Origin: Camelus dromedarius
Taxonomy: Eukaryota
Length of the DNA: 64,000 nt
Direction: 5' to 3'
NCBI RefSeq assembly: GCF_036321535.1
Contig: NC_087437.1
Location: 26,724,001 to 26,788,000 of the forward strand
The translations under genes and the position numbers were made by a program. Under the pieces are notes generated by a model. The model searched no databases. It saw nothing but the letters and a program-made list of their open reading frames with translations, and was not told the origin of the DNA. This document shows positions 1 through 11,905 of this stretch, one piece after another. Every line of letters begins with the position of its first letter. Position 1 is the stretch's first letter.

Positions 1-496
1 GTGTGAGCAGATGCTGTTAGTATTTTCAATACAATATAAGGGGCCATACAAAAAACCTGTGTATCTTAACATCCCTTTCCTACAGCCTGTGCCTGAAATT
101 GTTACCCAGAAAGTCACTGTTTCAGGGGGATGTTTTTCACTGGGAGAATGTGTTGTTACCTGAGGGCATGGTGTTAATTGGCAGCTGCACATTTATCAGA
201 TTAACCCATCCGTGGACCACTCCTCCCAGTGCCCCAGGGGAGAGTCTCATGGGACCTGGCCTGGTGACACCCCACAGGGCAGAGCAGTGTCCAGTCTTCA
301 GCTGGAACTGTGCTCCTGACCATTGTTGTCACCCAGTGACAACTTGCTCCAGGACCAAGATCACTCCACCTCTACCCTGTCTCTCTTTCTCCAAGTATCC
401 AAGACCTCCCCATCTGGACTGAGTCTATTCTGGATTTTGGAGGGCATTGCTGCTGCCATGGTGGATGACCCTTCACTCGGCTCTATGACACAAGGT

Positions 497-904
497 TGTA
501 GCAGAGGCTGATGTGCCCAGCCCTTATCTCCCCAGCACTAGCTGTAAATACCAATGGCTACTTTCATGAACACCTCATTTTTCTCTGCTGAGGGCTGTTT
601 TGAGCTGCCAGGGAGTTAACCCCCCTCCTCCTGCCAACACAGCCCTCAAGCAATGACAGCTGATGCGTGGGTGGATGAACACCAACTTCCTCATCCCTCA
701 GGCAGTGGGGAACTCTGAAGAATGTTCCAGAGTATTTCCCAGTGCCATAAAACCCCCATATTCCCCAGAGGGTGCCTACTGGGTAACACACCCTTAATTG
801 GCTACCTGCCCTTGCTGATCTCTCCTGGGATCCTCTGGAAAATCAGCTACTTACACTCAAATCCTTGGATCCGGGTCTGATGTGGGAGACCCCAGCCTAG
901 GACA
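497..904 (+). mobile_element. ERVL LTR, LTR16 family (5' LTR of an ERV3-16A3-like provirus)
   Basis: Starts TGTAGCAGAGGCTG; ends ctacttacactcaaatccttgg...cccagcctaggaCA, matching the recalled LTR16 3' end; directly followed by ERVL internal leader gttggtg...gcagacactcaggat. Confidence 0.8.
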
Positions 905-1780
905 GTTGGTGTTGGAAGTTGTTCTGAAGGCAGACACTCAGGATAGAATCAGCTCACTCACCAGCCCGATGGTCACAAGACCCCACTGTCGGTGTGAAGT
1001 GGCACTCTGGAAGATTCTAGAAGATTCTCATCTCACTCAGCTTGTGGATGTGGCCCCTGAGATTCTCATCTGCAGTGAACTGAGACAGAGCCTTCTGGGC
1101 AGAGACACATCAGCTCACGCAATAGCTCCACATGTCAGAGATAAGGCGGCAGAGAATGCAGACTTGGCGAGTAGTTATTAACTACAACTGAAACCCCGAA
1201 AGGAGAAAATGACAGGCTCAGTTCAGCCAACCACCCACTCAGAGCCTAGTGGGAAAGTCAGGGGGCTTCCACGGTGGCGTTTCTTAAAACCCTCCTCTCC
1301 TGCAGATGGGGGGCTGGCCAGGAAGAAAACCAGGTCTAGGACCTGATTGTCGGAGTGTTGCAGTAACAGAGGAGGTTGGAGCACAGCCTTGGCACGTCTC
1401 CTGTGGGGAAGTCAGGGCTCCGAGAAGAAAGGAGAGGACCTGGAACATGAGATGGGACACCTGGGGAGATGCACCTGAGAGCAGTGAAACCGAAGGTTCC
1501 CCAGAAGCTCTGGGCTGGCAGAAGTGGCCCCTCCCACTGGCTAGAGGCGGGCAGCCTCCCCTCACCTGGAGGTTAGACTGAGGTCTCCCCTGAGGCAGAC
1601 ACCTTGCTAGACAGTGTCTCCTGTCCTGAAGACCCGCTCCTGTGTCTCCTCGTCGCTGCTAGATCAACAATTACGGCCAAGGCTCAGTAAGGCGTGGGTG
1701 GTGAGTAGCGTTCCTGCTGTAGGAGGAAACAACCACAGGACCGGGCCTGAGTGCAGAGGGCCTCCCAGGGGGCTCTGCCA
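905..1780 (+). mobile_element. ERVL internal region, decayed gag N-terminal part
   Basis: Translation across stops/frameshifts: ENDRLSSANHPLRA*WESQGAS...LLSCRWGAGQEENQV*DLIV, AQPWHVSCGEVRA...WDTWGDAPE, CPEDPLL...AARSTITAKAQ; resembles ERVL gag. Confidence 0.8.
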
Positions 1781-1799
1781 GCTGTTGCATACATCCATC

Positions 1800-2020
1800 C
1801 CATTTCTACACAGAGGGACTGAGGCATCTTTCCCCAAGTTTGTGTTCAGTGACTTCATGTTGGTGGCTGGAAACTAGCCGTGGCGGGAGCATGCACAACA
1901 TAAAAATCAGCACATGCCGCAGGTCCAGATGAGGGCTTTTTTTCTTTTCTCATCCTCCTCTCCCTCTCCTTCCTCCTCCTCCTTCTCTGTGGGGAGCTGG
2001 TTTACCCACATACCATCAGA
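1800..2020 (-). mobile_element. MER63-like hAT-Blackjack DNA transposon
   Basis: gcatctttccccaagtttgtgttcagtgacttcatgttggtggctggaaactagccgtggcgggagc...gggctttttt matches the reverse complement of recalled MER63; contains a CT-rich expansion at ~1940-1988. Confidence 0.65.
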
Positions 2021-3218
2021 ATGGAGAAAGACCGCACTGTGGTCCAAGGACCCATTTTGGACCCATTTTGTGACTAACCTGGGCCATTTTTCACAAGGTT
2101 CTATGTACTCCACTCTAAGAGGCAGCCACGCTAGTGTTTTGGGTCCCCTGTTATCAGGACCAATGCAGATCCTTGAAAGAGCTAGGGACTCTCCTTTCCC
2201 CAGCGCAGAATTACTGGGGTAAGTGGCTATGGGATTGAGGGGAAGCGCTACCAAGCATATTTGATGGGATATGTCACAGGGTCCTCCCTCAAAAGGACCT
2301 GGCCTCCCCTTCAATAATGTACTCTGGGTCTGAGAATTGATTCACATCTAAAAACGGGAAGACGGATTGTGATTTTTCACTGTGGCATCTGACACCAGCC
2401 TTCAGCTCATTTGCACTTGACCTTTCTGGTTGTGGAAGTCAAGCAGCACCCCCATGGGCTGCCTGTGACCTCATCCCTGGGCACACCGGGGTCTACCAGT
2501 CATTACCAGAGGCCCTTGCGGTCAAAGCCCCTGCATTGTCCTTCCGCCTCATTTCTCATCATGGCCAAGACTTCCAGCTGGCCTCTGGTAGTTGAGTGAC
2601 TCCCCTTGGCCTTTGGCATTCCAGAATAGAACCATGCTCGCTGACCATGGAGCCCAAGTCTACTGCACCACCTCCTACAGCCAACCTTGGCCTGCAGAAG
2701 ACAGTTACTGTGTGCTTCTCAGCCCATTCCTAACTAATGGGTTCCTTATTTAGGAAAGAGAGTGTCTTCTGTGCCCTCACCAGGATGTGAATCTGGAGTC
2801 ATGAGAGAGTTCCCCATACCAATAAACTCTGGGAGGGGGGATAAATTCGAAGTTTGGGATTAACAGATACACAGTACTATATATAAAATAGATAAACAAC
2901 AAGAACCTACAGTAGAGCACAGGGAATTATATTCAATATCTTGTAATAACCTATAATGGAAAAGAATCTGAAAAAGAATAGATATATGTGTATATATAGA
3001 TATACACACATATATAACTGAATCACTTTGTTATATACCAGAATCTGACACTATATTATAACCCAACTACACTCCAGTTTAAAAAAAAAAAAGAAAAGAA
3101 AAAACTCTGCCTTGTTTTCTGTCCCCCAACCCCGACTTGACACTCTAAAGATCTTTTCTCAAATACATTCTCCCATCCCTCCCCATGTGTAAGCTGGATG
3201 GATATACTGGTCAGCTGG
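2021..3218 (-). mobile_element. ERVL internal region, decayed gag C-terminal part plus protease, inverted relative to 905-1780; interrupted by an L1
   Basis: Minus-strand translation: GECI*EKIFRV...KAEFIGM, GEGTEDTLF, IRNPLVR, VFCRPRLAVG, LW**LVDPGVPRDE, QPMGVLLDFHNQK, FLDVNQFSDPE, RGGQVLLREDP, PLTPVILRWGKE...LFQGSALVLITGDPKH; colinear with ERVL gag-pro. Confidence 0.85.
2832..3101 (+). mobile_element. 5'-truncated L1 3' UTR (cetartiodactyl type) with A-rich tail
   Basis: gtttgggattaacagatacacagtactatatataaaatagataaacaacaag...gaatcactttg...A tail; 8-bp target-site duplication AAACTCTG at 2824-2831 and 3102-3109. Confidence 0.92.
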
Positions 3219-3221
3219 TGG

Positions 3222-3345
3222 AACACACCTGGGAGTTTACTAGAAATGCTGAAGCTCAGGCTTGTCCCAGACTCACTGAATCAGAATCTGCACCCGAATG
3301 AGATGCCAGGTGATTCCTGGGTTCATTTAAAGATGAGAAGCACTG
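3222..3345 (+). mobile_element. MER5A1-like hAT-Charlie element, left end missing
   Basis: cacctgggagtttactagaaatgc...actgaatcagaatctgc...ccaggtgattc...gagaagcactg terminal repeat. Confidence 0.75.
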
Positions 3346-4914
3346 CTTCACAACTATCCAGAGACTCCCGGCAGAAAGTCTTCAGTTCCTTAAGCCTGAA
3401 TAAAACAGCCTGTGACTTTTCTGCAACACCACCATCACCCTCCCCATCAATGTCATCATCACTGACTGCCATTAGAACCACTGAGCAGTGTCTATTACCT
3501 CTCCACTTGATCAAGGGCCATCTTTATAGAAGCATATACTGAGCAGACAATGGCTTGCCCCAGCTGACCTCATTTCCACAGATATTTTTACAAAGTAATC
3601 AGGGTGAGGTTTTATTTCATCCTCTGGCGAGGTTCTGTAATTTGTTTGCTTTCACTTATAGTTTTAAATCACCTTCCCCAGCAATCTCCTTTCCCTGACT
3701 CCACACTTCCCTGCTTCTCATCTACCCGGTGCAGCCAGGATCCTCCCTGCCCCCACCCCTCCACCTTTGTCCACTTCCTCGAAGGCTTCTGTTCTTGTCA
3801 GAACAGCCAAAGACAATAATGCTTCAACTGGCAGGAAACAGTCTTCACACTCTCAGGATTTCCTATTATGTGATGTGCAGCCTCTTCCAGAAACACAATT
3901 GCATCTAAATATAGAAACTGCCTAGATTCACCTTCATCCCAACACAATGACTCCATGGCCATTGGGAATGGCCTTGAACAAGGGCCAAACACTTTGAAAC
4001 ACAGAGACACTCTATCAATGAAGGTGAAGGAAGCCGCTTCCAGGGCCTTCCACGTGAGGGCAGGCAGCTGTTTACTTATTCCCCATTCTTTTGTTATTTT
4101 GTTAGATTTTGCCAGTAAAGCTTGGGTAGGAGGAAGGAAGGAGGAAGAGAGGGGGCCATGGACCAAAAGGAAGAAATGTGGGAGAGGGGACTAAGGAAGA
4201 CCAGGAGGTGGGAGTGATAACTATTAACTGTGGGGTGGAGGAGATGACTCAAGAGAAAAGGAAAAGTGGCAGGTGGTTTGTTGAAGGAGGAAGATGAACT
4301 GGAGAAGGAAGGGAGGAAAAGGAAGGTTTCAGTATGATTTGCAGCAGTCTCTACACAGCTGGAATGGCCAGGACTTCACAGCTGGCTCCTGGCTTCCTGA
4401 GAGTGGCGGCTGAAGAGGCCAGTTGTAATGTCAGTGCCAGGTTTGGGATTGTTTATTTCCTGCTTTACAATCCCGGGAGTAGCATAGCTGCCTCTGTGAA
4501 GAGAAATTCTCACCTCTATCCTCATTCCCTTCTCTGTGTGTGTTGGGGGTTTAGAGGGGTGTGGGTGATGGAGGAGCTAAAACATCACCTTCACAGCTAG
4601 AGAGGATTTAGGTGTCAGTCTCATCCACCTGAGACCAGAGAAACTAAACCGAAATTAAATTGCACGGAGCTGAATTCAATGAGATGTTAAGCTACTGTTA
4701 GAGGAGAAACCCCAGTGAAAAAATAAAGACCTGGATTGATATTGGAGGAGGTGATCCCGGAAGAGAGTTTTTCAATGAGGATTCTCAAGCACATTTTTAA
4801 TGACCTGGAAATTCAGAAGAGAACAGAGCTGGTGAGAGGCCATGGACAAGTGAGTTTGAAGTTACCAGAAGAGAAATCAGCAGAAGGCTGTGAGTGCTCC
4901 TGGGCTGGCAAGCT

Positions 4915-5090
4915 GTCATGGTGCAGAGTTAAGCAGACTCTGTGTCTAATCCCAGTGCTGCCCATCACCAGTTGGTACTTGCTTCTGGAAGTACTTGCTT
5001 CACACCTCTTAAGCCTCAGGTTCCCCATCTGTTAAACCAGGACAATGACATGCATTTCATAAGTTGAGGATTATGTGAGGTGTGAATGAA
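4915..5090 (+). mobile_element. MIR SINE
   Basis: Core acctcttaagcctcaggttccccatctgttaaaccagg. Confidence 0.7.
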
Positions 5091-5463
5091 ACGTTTCACT
5101 TCCCAAACATTCTGTGCAGGGATTATGGGCAGAGTCAAGATTCTGGAGGTGGTAAGAAGCAGCTTTGATCTGAAGTTAGCTCTTGGACCAAAGAGAAAAG
5201 GAGATGTCAGGACACCAAAAGTAGAGAGAGCTCAGATTAGACCCGATGAATGAGCAAAAAGTGCTGTGACCCTAAGGACGTCAACTGTGTGAGAAGAGGG
5301 GAAACCGTGGCTGTGGGGAAAGAGCCATGTTCTGATACCCTCTGTGTCTCAGGGCAGCCAAAGAGATGGGGGAAGGGTCTCACTCTGGGGTCATTCCAGC
5401 TACTGTATGAATATAGCTAGACTCACAACCCCTAATGACATAATGCGCCTAGACACTGAGCAT

Positions 5464-6277
5464 TGTGTCCGTTATCAATTTATTGCTTCTCAACCCCTAA
5501 TCCACCCTTCAGTGCCCTGAGATAATGGATTGGACTTTATCACAATGAGCGCAATGTCCAGCTGGATCAGTAGGGGGCGCTAGAGGGACATCGCAGGTCA
5601 AAGGGGGGTTTTCTTCTTGGTCCCAGTATACTGAGGTGGTTTTGTTTTTGTTTTTGTTTTTTCCCCTCGCACTGGCTGCACGGTCTGTCGCCAGTGTCTA
5701 TCCCGCCCCAGCCACATGCCTAGAATGTGCAGTCCAAGAGACTTCAGAGCCCCCGCCTGCGTCCCATGACCACCTTGCCTCAGCCCTTGTGACGGGGACA
5801 CTGCTCTCCAGGCTTCCAGCTGCCCTGGAGCCCCACCTCCCCCTGTGCACCGGGCTCCAGTGTCAGCTGGCCTGCACCCCGAGATGCTATTGCCCACCGC
5901 CCTCCCACCGTGAATGCCACACACCGGGCCTTCTGTCCACGGCGGTACCCACCAGCCTCAGCTCCCCGGCACCCGTGGATTCTTCCTTGCGTGCCGGGTG
6001 ACTGTGACTCTGACCCAGCAGCCCAGGGAACTTGAGCGCCGTCATCTAGTGCTCAGCCGGGCCTCCTCCCTGAGTCTGAGCCCCAGGCTGGCGACGTCTC
6101 CCTTTGCCAAGCTGGTCTCTCCCTGACTATTCTCCCTTGGATATAGGATACCCAGTAGAGGTGTCTTTACATCTTCATAGTTACTTTCCTATCATATTTA
6201 ATAATTCTTTATATTAAATGCCCCTTATTTTCATTACTGTGTGGTTTCTGTTTCCTGAGTGGACCAAGACTAACACA
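5464..6277 (+). mobile_element. Solo ERVL LTR, LTR41/LTR52-like
   Basis: TG...CA ends; start tgtgtccgttatcaatttattgcttctc...atccacccttc; cagtagggggcgctagagggaca; end tatattaaat...ctgtgtggtttctgtttcctgagtggaccaagactaaca-ca. Confidence 0.8.
5565..5583 (+). promoter_or_regulatory. CTCF core motif inside the LTR
   Basis: GATCAGTAGGGGGCGCTAG versus consensus GGCCACCAGGGGGCGCTAG. Confidence 0.55.
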
Positions 6278-6289
6278 GCCATGAATGGC

Positions 6290-7560
6290 TGCTAACCTCA
6301 CAAAGAGACGGCCAGAATTACGTTGTCTTGTTGGAACTACACAACACACCTGTAAGTATTCTTGTCAAAACCTCAGTCTCATCAAGCCTTAGATCTGACT
6401 ACAAGCATTCAAAAAATATACAAGACACAGGAACATGTTAAAGATACCATCAGAGGCAATCAGCAGAATCCAGGCTGTGGGAAACTCTGCGGGAAAAATA
6501 ACCAGGATTCTTCAACAAATGAGGGAAAGAACCTATAAATTAAAAGAGAATTAAAAGGTGCATTAACCAATTAAAATTCATAGATATTCTTTGGATCTGG
6601 ATTTAAACAGATCGTTTAAAAAAAAAGATTTATGAGATACTGGAGGAAATTTCAATACTTACTGGATATTTGATGACATTGTGGTAATTATTTTTAAAGA
6701 TACAAGAGCTAATGGAGGAACTATGAACACTGGATATTTGACGATATAGGGAATTATTTTTCTTGTTAGAGACAATGATAATATGAATATTTTTAAGAGC
6801 TTTGATTTTTTTTTTAGATTTACCAACTAAAATATTAACAAATGAAATGGTATGATGTTGGGGATTTGCCTCAATATAATCCTTCCATGGGGATGGGAGA
6901 ATATATTGGCCATGAACTGATAATATCAAAACTAGATGATACATACATGAGTTCATCCAAAAAACTTTTTAAACATTCCTGCAAATTGATAAGGAAAAGG
7001 GCAACCTACCTGAAAAATAAGCAAAGGGTATAAATAGACAATTTATGAAAGAAATACACATGGCAAAAAAAAATACATACATGTGCTCAAATTTGCTAGT
7101 AATGAAGAAAAGGCAAAGATAAAAAAGCAATGAAAGCTCAGTGAGAACATGGGGAAACGGGTATTCCCATTGGTACTACCATATTGAAGGATCAGTTGGC
7201 CAAATTCTTCAAAATTTAAAATGTGCATTTCTGTAAACTAAATGGCTTTTTCCTAGATATGCCTGTCTTAGAGAAATAGTCAAATGCTTGGACAAGAATA
7301 TTAGATTACTGCAGTACTTTTTGAAATAGCAACATCCTAGAAGCAGACCAAATGTCCATCAATGGAGAAATGGTTAACAAAAAGAAGTTGTTAAAACATG
7401 ATATAGGAACCCTCCACCTGCAGTTTTTAAAAAAAAGGGGAAGACTACATGGTCTGATACGGTTAAGAGCTCTAGGACATACTAAGTGAGAAAAAGCATG
7501 TCACAAAGGAATGTGTTCCATCTGATCCCATTTCTGTAAAACTAAAACTAAATACAGCTA
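6290..7560 (+). mobile_element. Ancient L1 relics (L1MC/L1ME 3' region and ORF2 C-terminal fragment), probably two pieces
   Basis: aatcagcagaatccaggctgtgggaaactct, actggatatttgatgac, atgttggggatttgc, aaatgtccatcaatggagaaatggttaa. Confidence 0.7.
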
Positions 7561-7949
7561 GAATAAGTCCCCTTAGAAATGGCATATTTATAAATATTTA
7601 CATCTGTACATATGACTTCGTATATATACATCTTCTGCTTTGTTGATTTTCTGTAAACTACGTTCATAGTGCTTGTACAGTTATCTTTTACTTTATAAGT
7701 ATCTGCTGAATTTGGGAACAAATAAATCATTAGTGACCTGAGTGAGAGGAGTCTCCGTGGTGCAGTGGGGGATGAACCACAGTGGACTGGAAGCTTGATG
7801 GGTCCCTCCTGAGAGGCTACACATTCTGCCAGGCCCTGCCCCACCCTCCTCACCTGGTCCCATCAGTGCGTGGGCAACCAGCCAATCTGTAAGGTATAGA
7901 AAATCAAATATATTTTTCCTATTTAAGAGGCCTTCCTAAATATGCCTTG

Positions 7950-8070
7950 TCATAGGATTTTAGGACCAGAAGGGATTTTCAAGACCAGCTCGTTCAATTC
8001 CTGTTTTGAAGGATGAGAAAGCTGAGGTCCAGAGAAGCTAGAGTTACCCAAAGCCCCCAGACTATTAGGC
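7950..8070 (-). mobile_element. MIR SINE
   Basis: ttttgaaggatgagaaagctgaggtccagagaag is the antisense MIR core. Confidence 0.65.
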
Positions 8071-8497
8071 ATTTTTAAAGGGTCTCTTGCATACAAAGGG
8101 GGGCAGCCAGGAGAGCATGCCCAGGAAACTTCTGAACAGTTCGGAACCATAGGAAGTAACTAGGGAGTTGTGTGTTCGGGTCGAGCATCCAGATTAGAAT
8201 TCCCACAAAGTTGCTGACAGCTACGTATGAGTGACCACATCCAGCGATAAATCACCAGGACCAGGAGGATGAATCATCCCAGGCTTTGTTCTTTGGAGGA
8301 CAGCACATTTTTCTCTGGCTCTCTCTGTTCTATATCAGGAGATTGTTTCCACCGGGGTCACCGGGCTGAAGGACCCACTAAGTTTGGCCTCGTTCCTGTC
8401 TTGGCAAGCTGCCGTGGCCAGGGTGATGGAGGAGTGTTTACACATGTCAGGTCCCAGGAACATTTTCTCTGTCCTGACTGATAAAGCCCAGAGACAG

Positions 8498-8600
8498 ATG
8501 GGCAGAGTGGTGAAAAGAGCACTGGACAAAGAGTCAGTGAGCCTGGGACTGGTCTCTGCTCCGTCACGAGCACAGCTGTGTAAGCTTGAGCCAATCACTC
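8498..8600 (+). mobile_element. MIR SINE 5' part
   Basis: agtggtgaaaagagcactggacaaagagtcag...cctggg...gctgtgtaagcttgagccaatcact. Confidence 0.6.
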
Positions 8601-9367
8601 GGGGGTTTCTAAGCATGCAAAACAAACAGGTTCAGTGTGATTACACCAGGTCTTGTGTTTTGGGAAACTGGGAATGAAAGTAGCTTCCAGCCTGAGTACC
8701 CATTTTCAGACCATGTTCTCTCAAGCAGAGGGAAAAAGAAGTAAAATGTTGGAGCCATAATCATATAGAACCAAGGCCAGATACTAAGGAAGGGAACGGA
8801 AGGATTGATGTTGACATCATTACTCCATTCAGGGAGAGCAAGTAGGTTCGTCCTCAGAGCCAACTCTTTGTAGCAGCTGCCAGAGCAACATGCTGGGAAG
8901 GAACTGAACTAAGGCTGAGCTCAGGGAAGAGCGTTCTCTGATCCATTAATGATGTCTGTCATGGCTGAGGAGGAGGCTGGAACGGGGAAGGGTACACCAT
9001 GTTTTTGTTACTCAAAAACCTGTACCCAGTACATTTAGGTTCCTACAGCCACGAGCCCATGAGCCTGATACAAAGTGTGAAAATGCATGTGATGAAATCT
9101 TAGAAAATTTCAGGAAGCTGGCTCATTTGGATAAGACAGCAGGGAATCAGGAAGTCTGGGTTCTTTCTGTTCTTTAGTCAGGCACTAAATAACTAATCAT
9201 CCTGGAGGAAATCAACAACAGGTTGGGATCCCTACTGAACCCGAGTTCCCCTAAAACTGAGTTTCCACACTGAGTTTATGATTACCTTCCCCATCCAAAA
9301 CTTTATTCCCTTTCTTGTCTCACTCCTGTTTCCCTCTGGACTGAGGAGTATCAAAGAAAAAGGGGAC

Positions 9368-9934
9368 TGAAACTGAACAGGACCCTGCAAGACCTTCCCA
9401 AGTGCAATCCCCTCCGTATCCCACCCCAGCCCCACATCTTGTTTGACCTTTCCTGAGCTCCGAAGAGCAAACTGAAGCAGTTAATGATTAGAATAATGGA
9501 CTCCTAGCTACTCCTGAAGGGATATACATAACAATCTGATGCATCTTTGAGTTGTTCTGCAGTAATGAAGACCTCCACCAGGAGGAGGATGGTGACTACA
9601 CGCTGACCACAAGTGCAGAGACCCCCAGACTGGTTAGAACCAAAAGGCTGATGATTAAGCTTCCTGAACCATCACCCTGCTACCTCACCACCAACCTATC
9701 AGAAAAATGTCCATGAGCCGATCACCCTGGGACCTTCGCTCCTAACATTACCTTTTAAAAACCCCTCCCCAAGAGTCATGGGAGAGTTTGGGTTTTTTGA
9801 GCCCAAGCTGAGCTGCCCATTCTCCTTGCTTGGTGCCCTGCAATAAACTCAGTACTTTCCTTCACCATAAGCTGGTGTCAGTAGATTGGCTTTGCTGTGC
9901 GTCAGGCATGCAGACCCGAGTTCGTTCGGTAATA
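9368..9934 (+). mobile_element. Solo ERV1 LTR, cetartiodactyl MER41-like
   Basis: Starts TGAAACTGAACAGGACCCTG, ends gcagacccgagttcgttcggtaata; TATA-like ttttaaaaa at ~9753; AATAAA at 9842-9847. Confidence 0.75.
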
Positions 9935-10850
9935 CGATGTCCTGGTGTCTGTTACGGTTTGAGGTGTGACAGGAAGGCTGCTGAAGGGTCTTTGGACGTC
10001 AGAGTGGCATATGGACCAGCCCCGAGGCCCCAGTAGCCACAGAAAGTGTTTCTTATGGGCAGGTTGGCCCTGTTTTGTCTTGTTTTAATTAGTGTTACAA
10101 CTGTACAGACTTTAAAAAAAAAAAAAAAAGGTGATTTATATATTTTTCTGCTGCAATATATTTTAAAGGACAGAAAAAAGAGACCAAAAGAAAATTGCCT
10201 ATATCAGTCTCACTCAGATCCAACATTTGACATCTTGTTGTACTTCCTTGTCATAAAAGAAATTTGCTGTAAATGTCTTCTTTAATAAGTAGTAGATTTG
10301 GTTTTTTTTTGGGGGGGGGGTTGGGTTTTTTGGTCATGTTCAAGAGAGTAAGCCACAACCCAGAAGAATGTGATACAATTAAAATTCATTAAATAATAAT
10401 TAATTAATTAAATTAATTGGCAATAATAATTTCATGTTAGGATTATTACCATTATTATTGTTACTCAACAACCAACCAGGACCAGGTGACAGTAACACTC
10501 CTTATATCAATATCACTTCTAAGTTTGCATATAAAATTGAAGCAGACCAGGACCCTTTGTGAAGTTATAAGTAAAAATGAATAAGGACCAGAAAGTAACA
10601 CACAAGCTATTTTTTAAAATTTTATTTGATGTTTCTAAGTTATCTCATTCAGCAAAAGAAAGTAAAAAATCACTTGCAAATGCGAAGGGAAGCCCTGGGA
10701 TGGTTTTCCAAGGCAGGGTGGAGCAGTGTACTGGCTAGACCTATTGGCTCTGAAGTCAGACTGGCTGAAATCCTGGCTCACCCAAATATTAAGAATAATA
10801 GTGTTGCCTCCTTGCCGAATTGTTGTGACAGTTAATTAAATTGACACATG

Positions 10851-11312
10851 TTTGATGTTTAACGTTATGTATCAACTTGACTGGGCCATGGGACATTGGA
10901 TGAAACATTATTCTAGGCATGTCTGTGAAGGTGTCCCTTGATGAGATTAACTTATGAATTGGCCCACTGAGTAAGCAACTCACCCTCCCCAAGGTGGGTG
11001 AGCCTAGTCCAATTCACTGAAAGCCTGAACAGTACAAAAAAAGGTGAGTAAGGGAGAATTCTATCTCTTTCTCTCTCTCTCTCTCTCTGCCTGTCTTCAA
11101 ACTAGGACAGCTGTCTTCTCCTGCCTCCAGACTTGGACTTGAACTAGAACTGCACCCTCAGTCCTCCTGGGTCTCCAGCTGGCTGACTGCAGGTCTCAGG
11201 ATTTCTGAGCCTCTGTAATCACACCTTCCAACCTCTTATAATAAATGTCTTTACACATATGCATGTATATCTCCTATTGTTTCTGTTTCTCTGGACAACT
11301 CTGACTAATACA
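10851..11312 (+). mobile_element. MLT2 (ERVL) solo LTR nested inside a MIR (MIR halves ~10720-10850 and 11313-11360)
   Basis: tatgtatcaacttgactgggccatgg...caccctccccaaggtgggtg...aataaa...ctcctattgtttctgtttctctggacaactctgactaataca; MIR tail cacatactaagcactcaataaat resumes after it. Confidence 0.9.
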
Positions 11313-11669
11313 CGTCACCTTCTTAAGACAGTGTCTAGCACATACTAAGCACTCAATAAATCTCGACATTAAGACACATCATGTCTAATCAAACATGCTG
11401 AAGCTAGCTGCTGCTACATGCAGGGCTTCCTCAGAAGCTCTTTGGTGGAGAGCCTCTGTGTAGAAACTATTGCTAGGGTTGAGAAGAAGGTTGTCTTCAC
11501 CAGCAAAACAGAACATGTGCCCACCACAAATCCCAGAAATTTCCCCAGTTCAGATGTGACTGAAGCTCTGGTTCTGAGCCTCACCCCATCTAATCTATGC
11601 AGCACACCATTACCAGAACACTCTTTCTTAAGTACTTTTGAAAATGCTACCAGCGCATTGAGGGTGAGC

Positions 11670-11905
11670 TCATTCATTTATCCCACACATACTTACAGAG
11701 GCACTGGGCTCAGCCCTGGAGACACAACAGTAAATGAAAAGACCATGTCCCTGTCATGGGAACACGCAGTGTGTGAGGGAACCAGACACCCGCACATACA
11801 TACACCTCCCCAAGCTTAAAGTGATATAGGGCAAGGACAACAAAAAAGAACTTGGAACCATGGGAGGGATGGCTGGGGAGACCTAATTCAGAAGGCCTTC
11901 CCAAA
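11670..11905 (-). mobile_element. L2 LINE 3' end
   Basis: cattcattta...aggcactgggctcagccctggagacacaacagtaaatgaaa...gtccctgtcatgg. Confidence 0.65.

Noticed and set aside
905..3218. ERVL gag/pro as a domesticated retroviral gene
   Set aside because: Many stops and frameshifts, an inversion, an L1 insertion and loss of the protease DTG.
9368..9934. STAT1 GAS enhancer in the MER41-like LTR
   Set aside because: No perfect TTC(N3)GAA found by eye; nearest is TTCCTGAA with 2-nt spacing.
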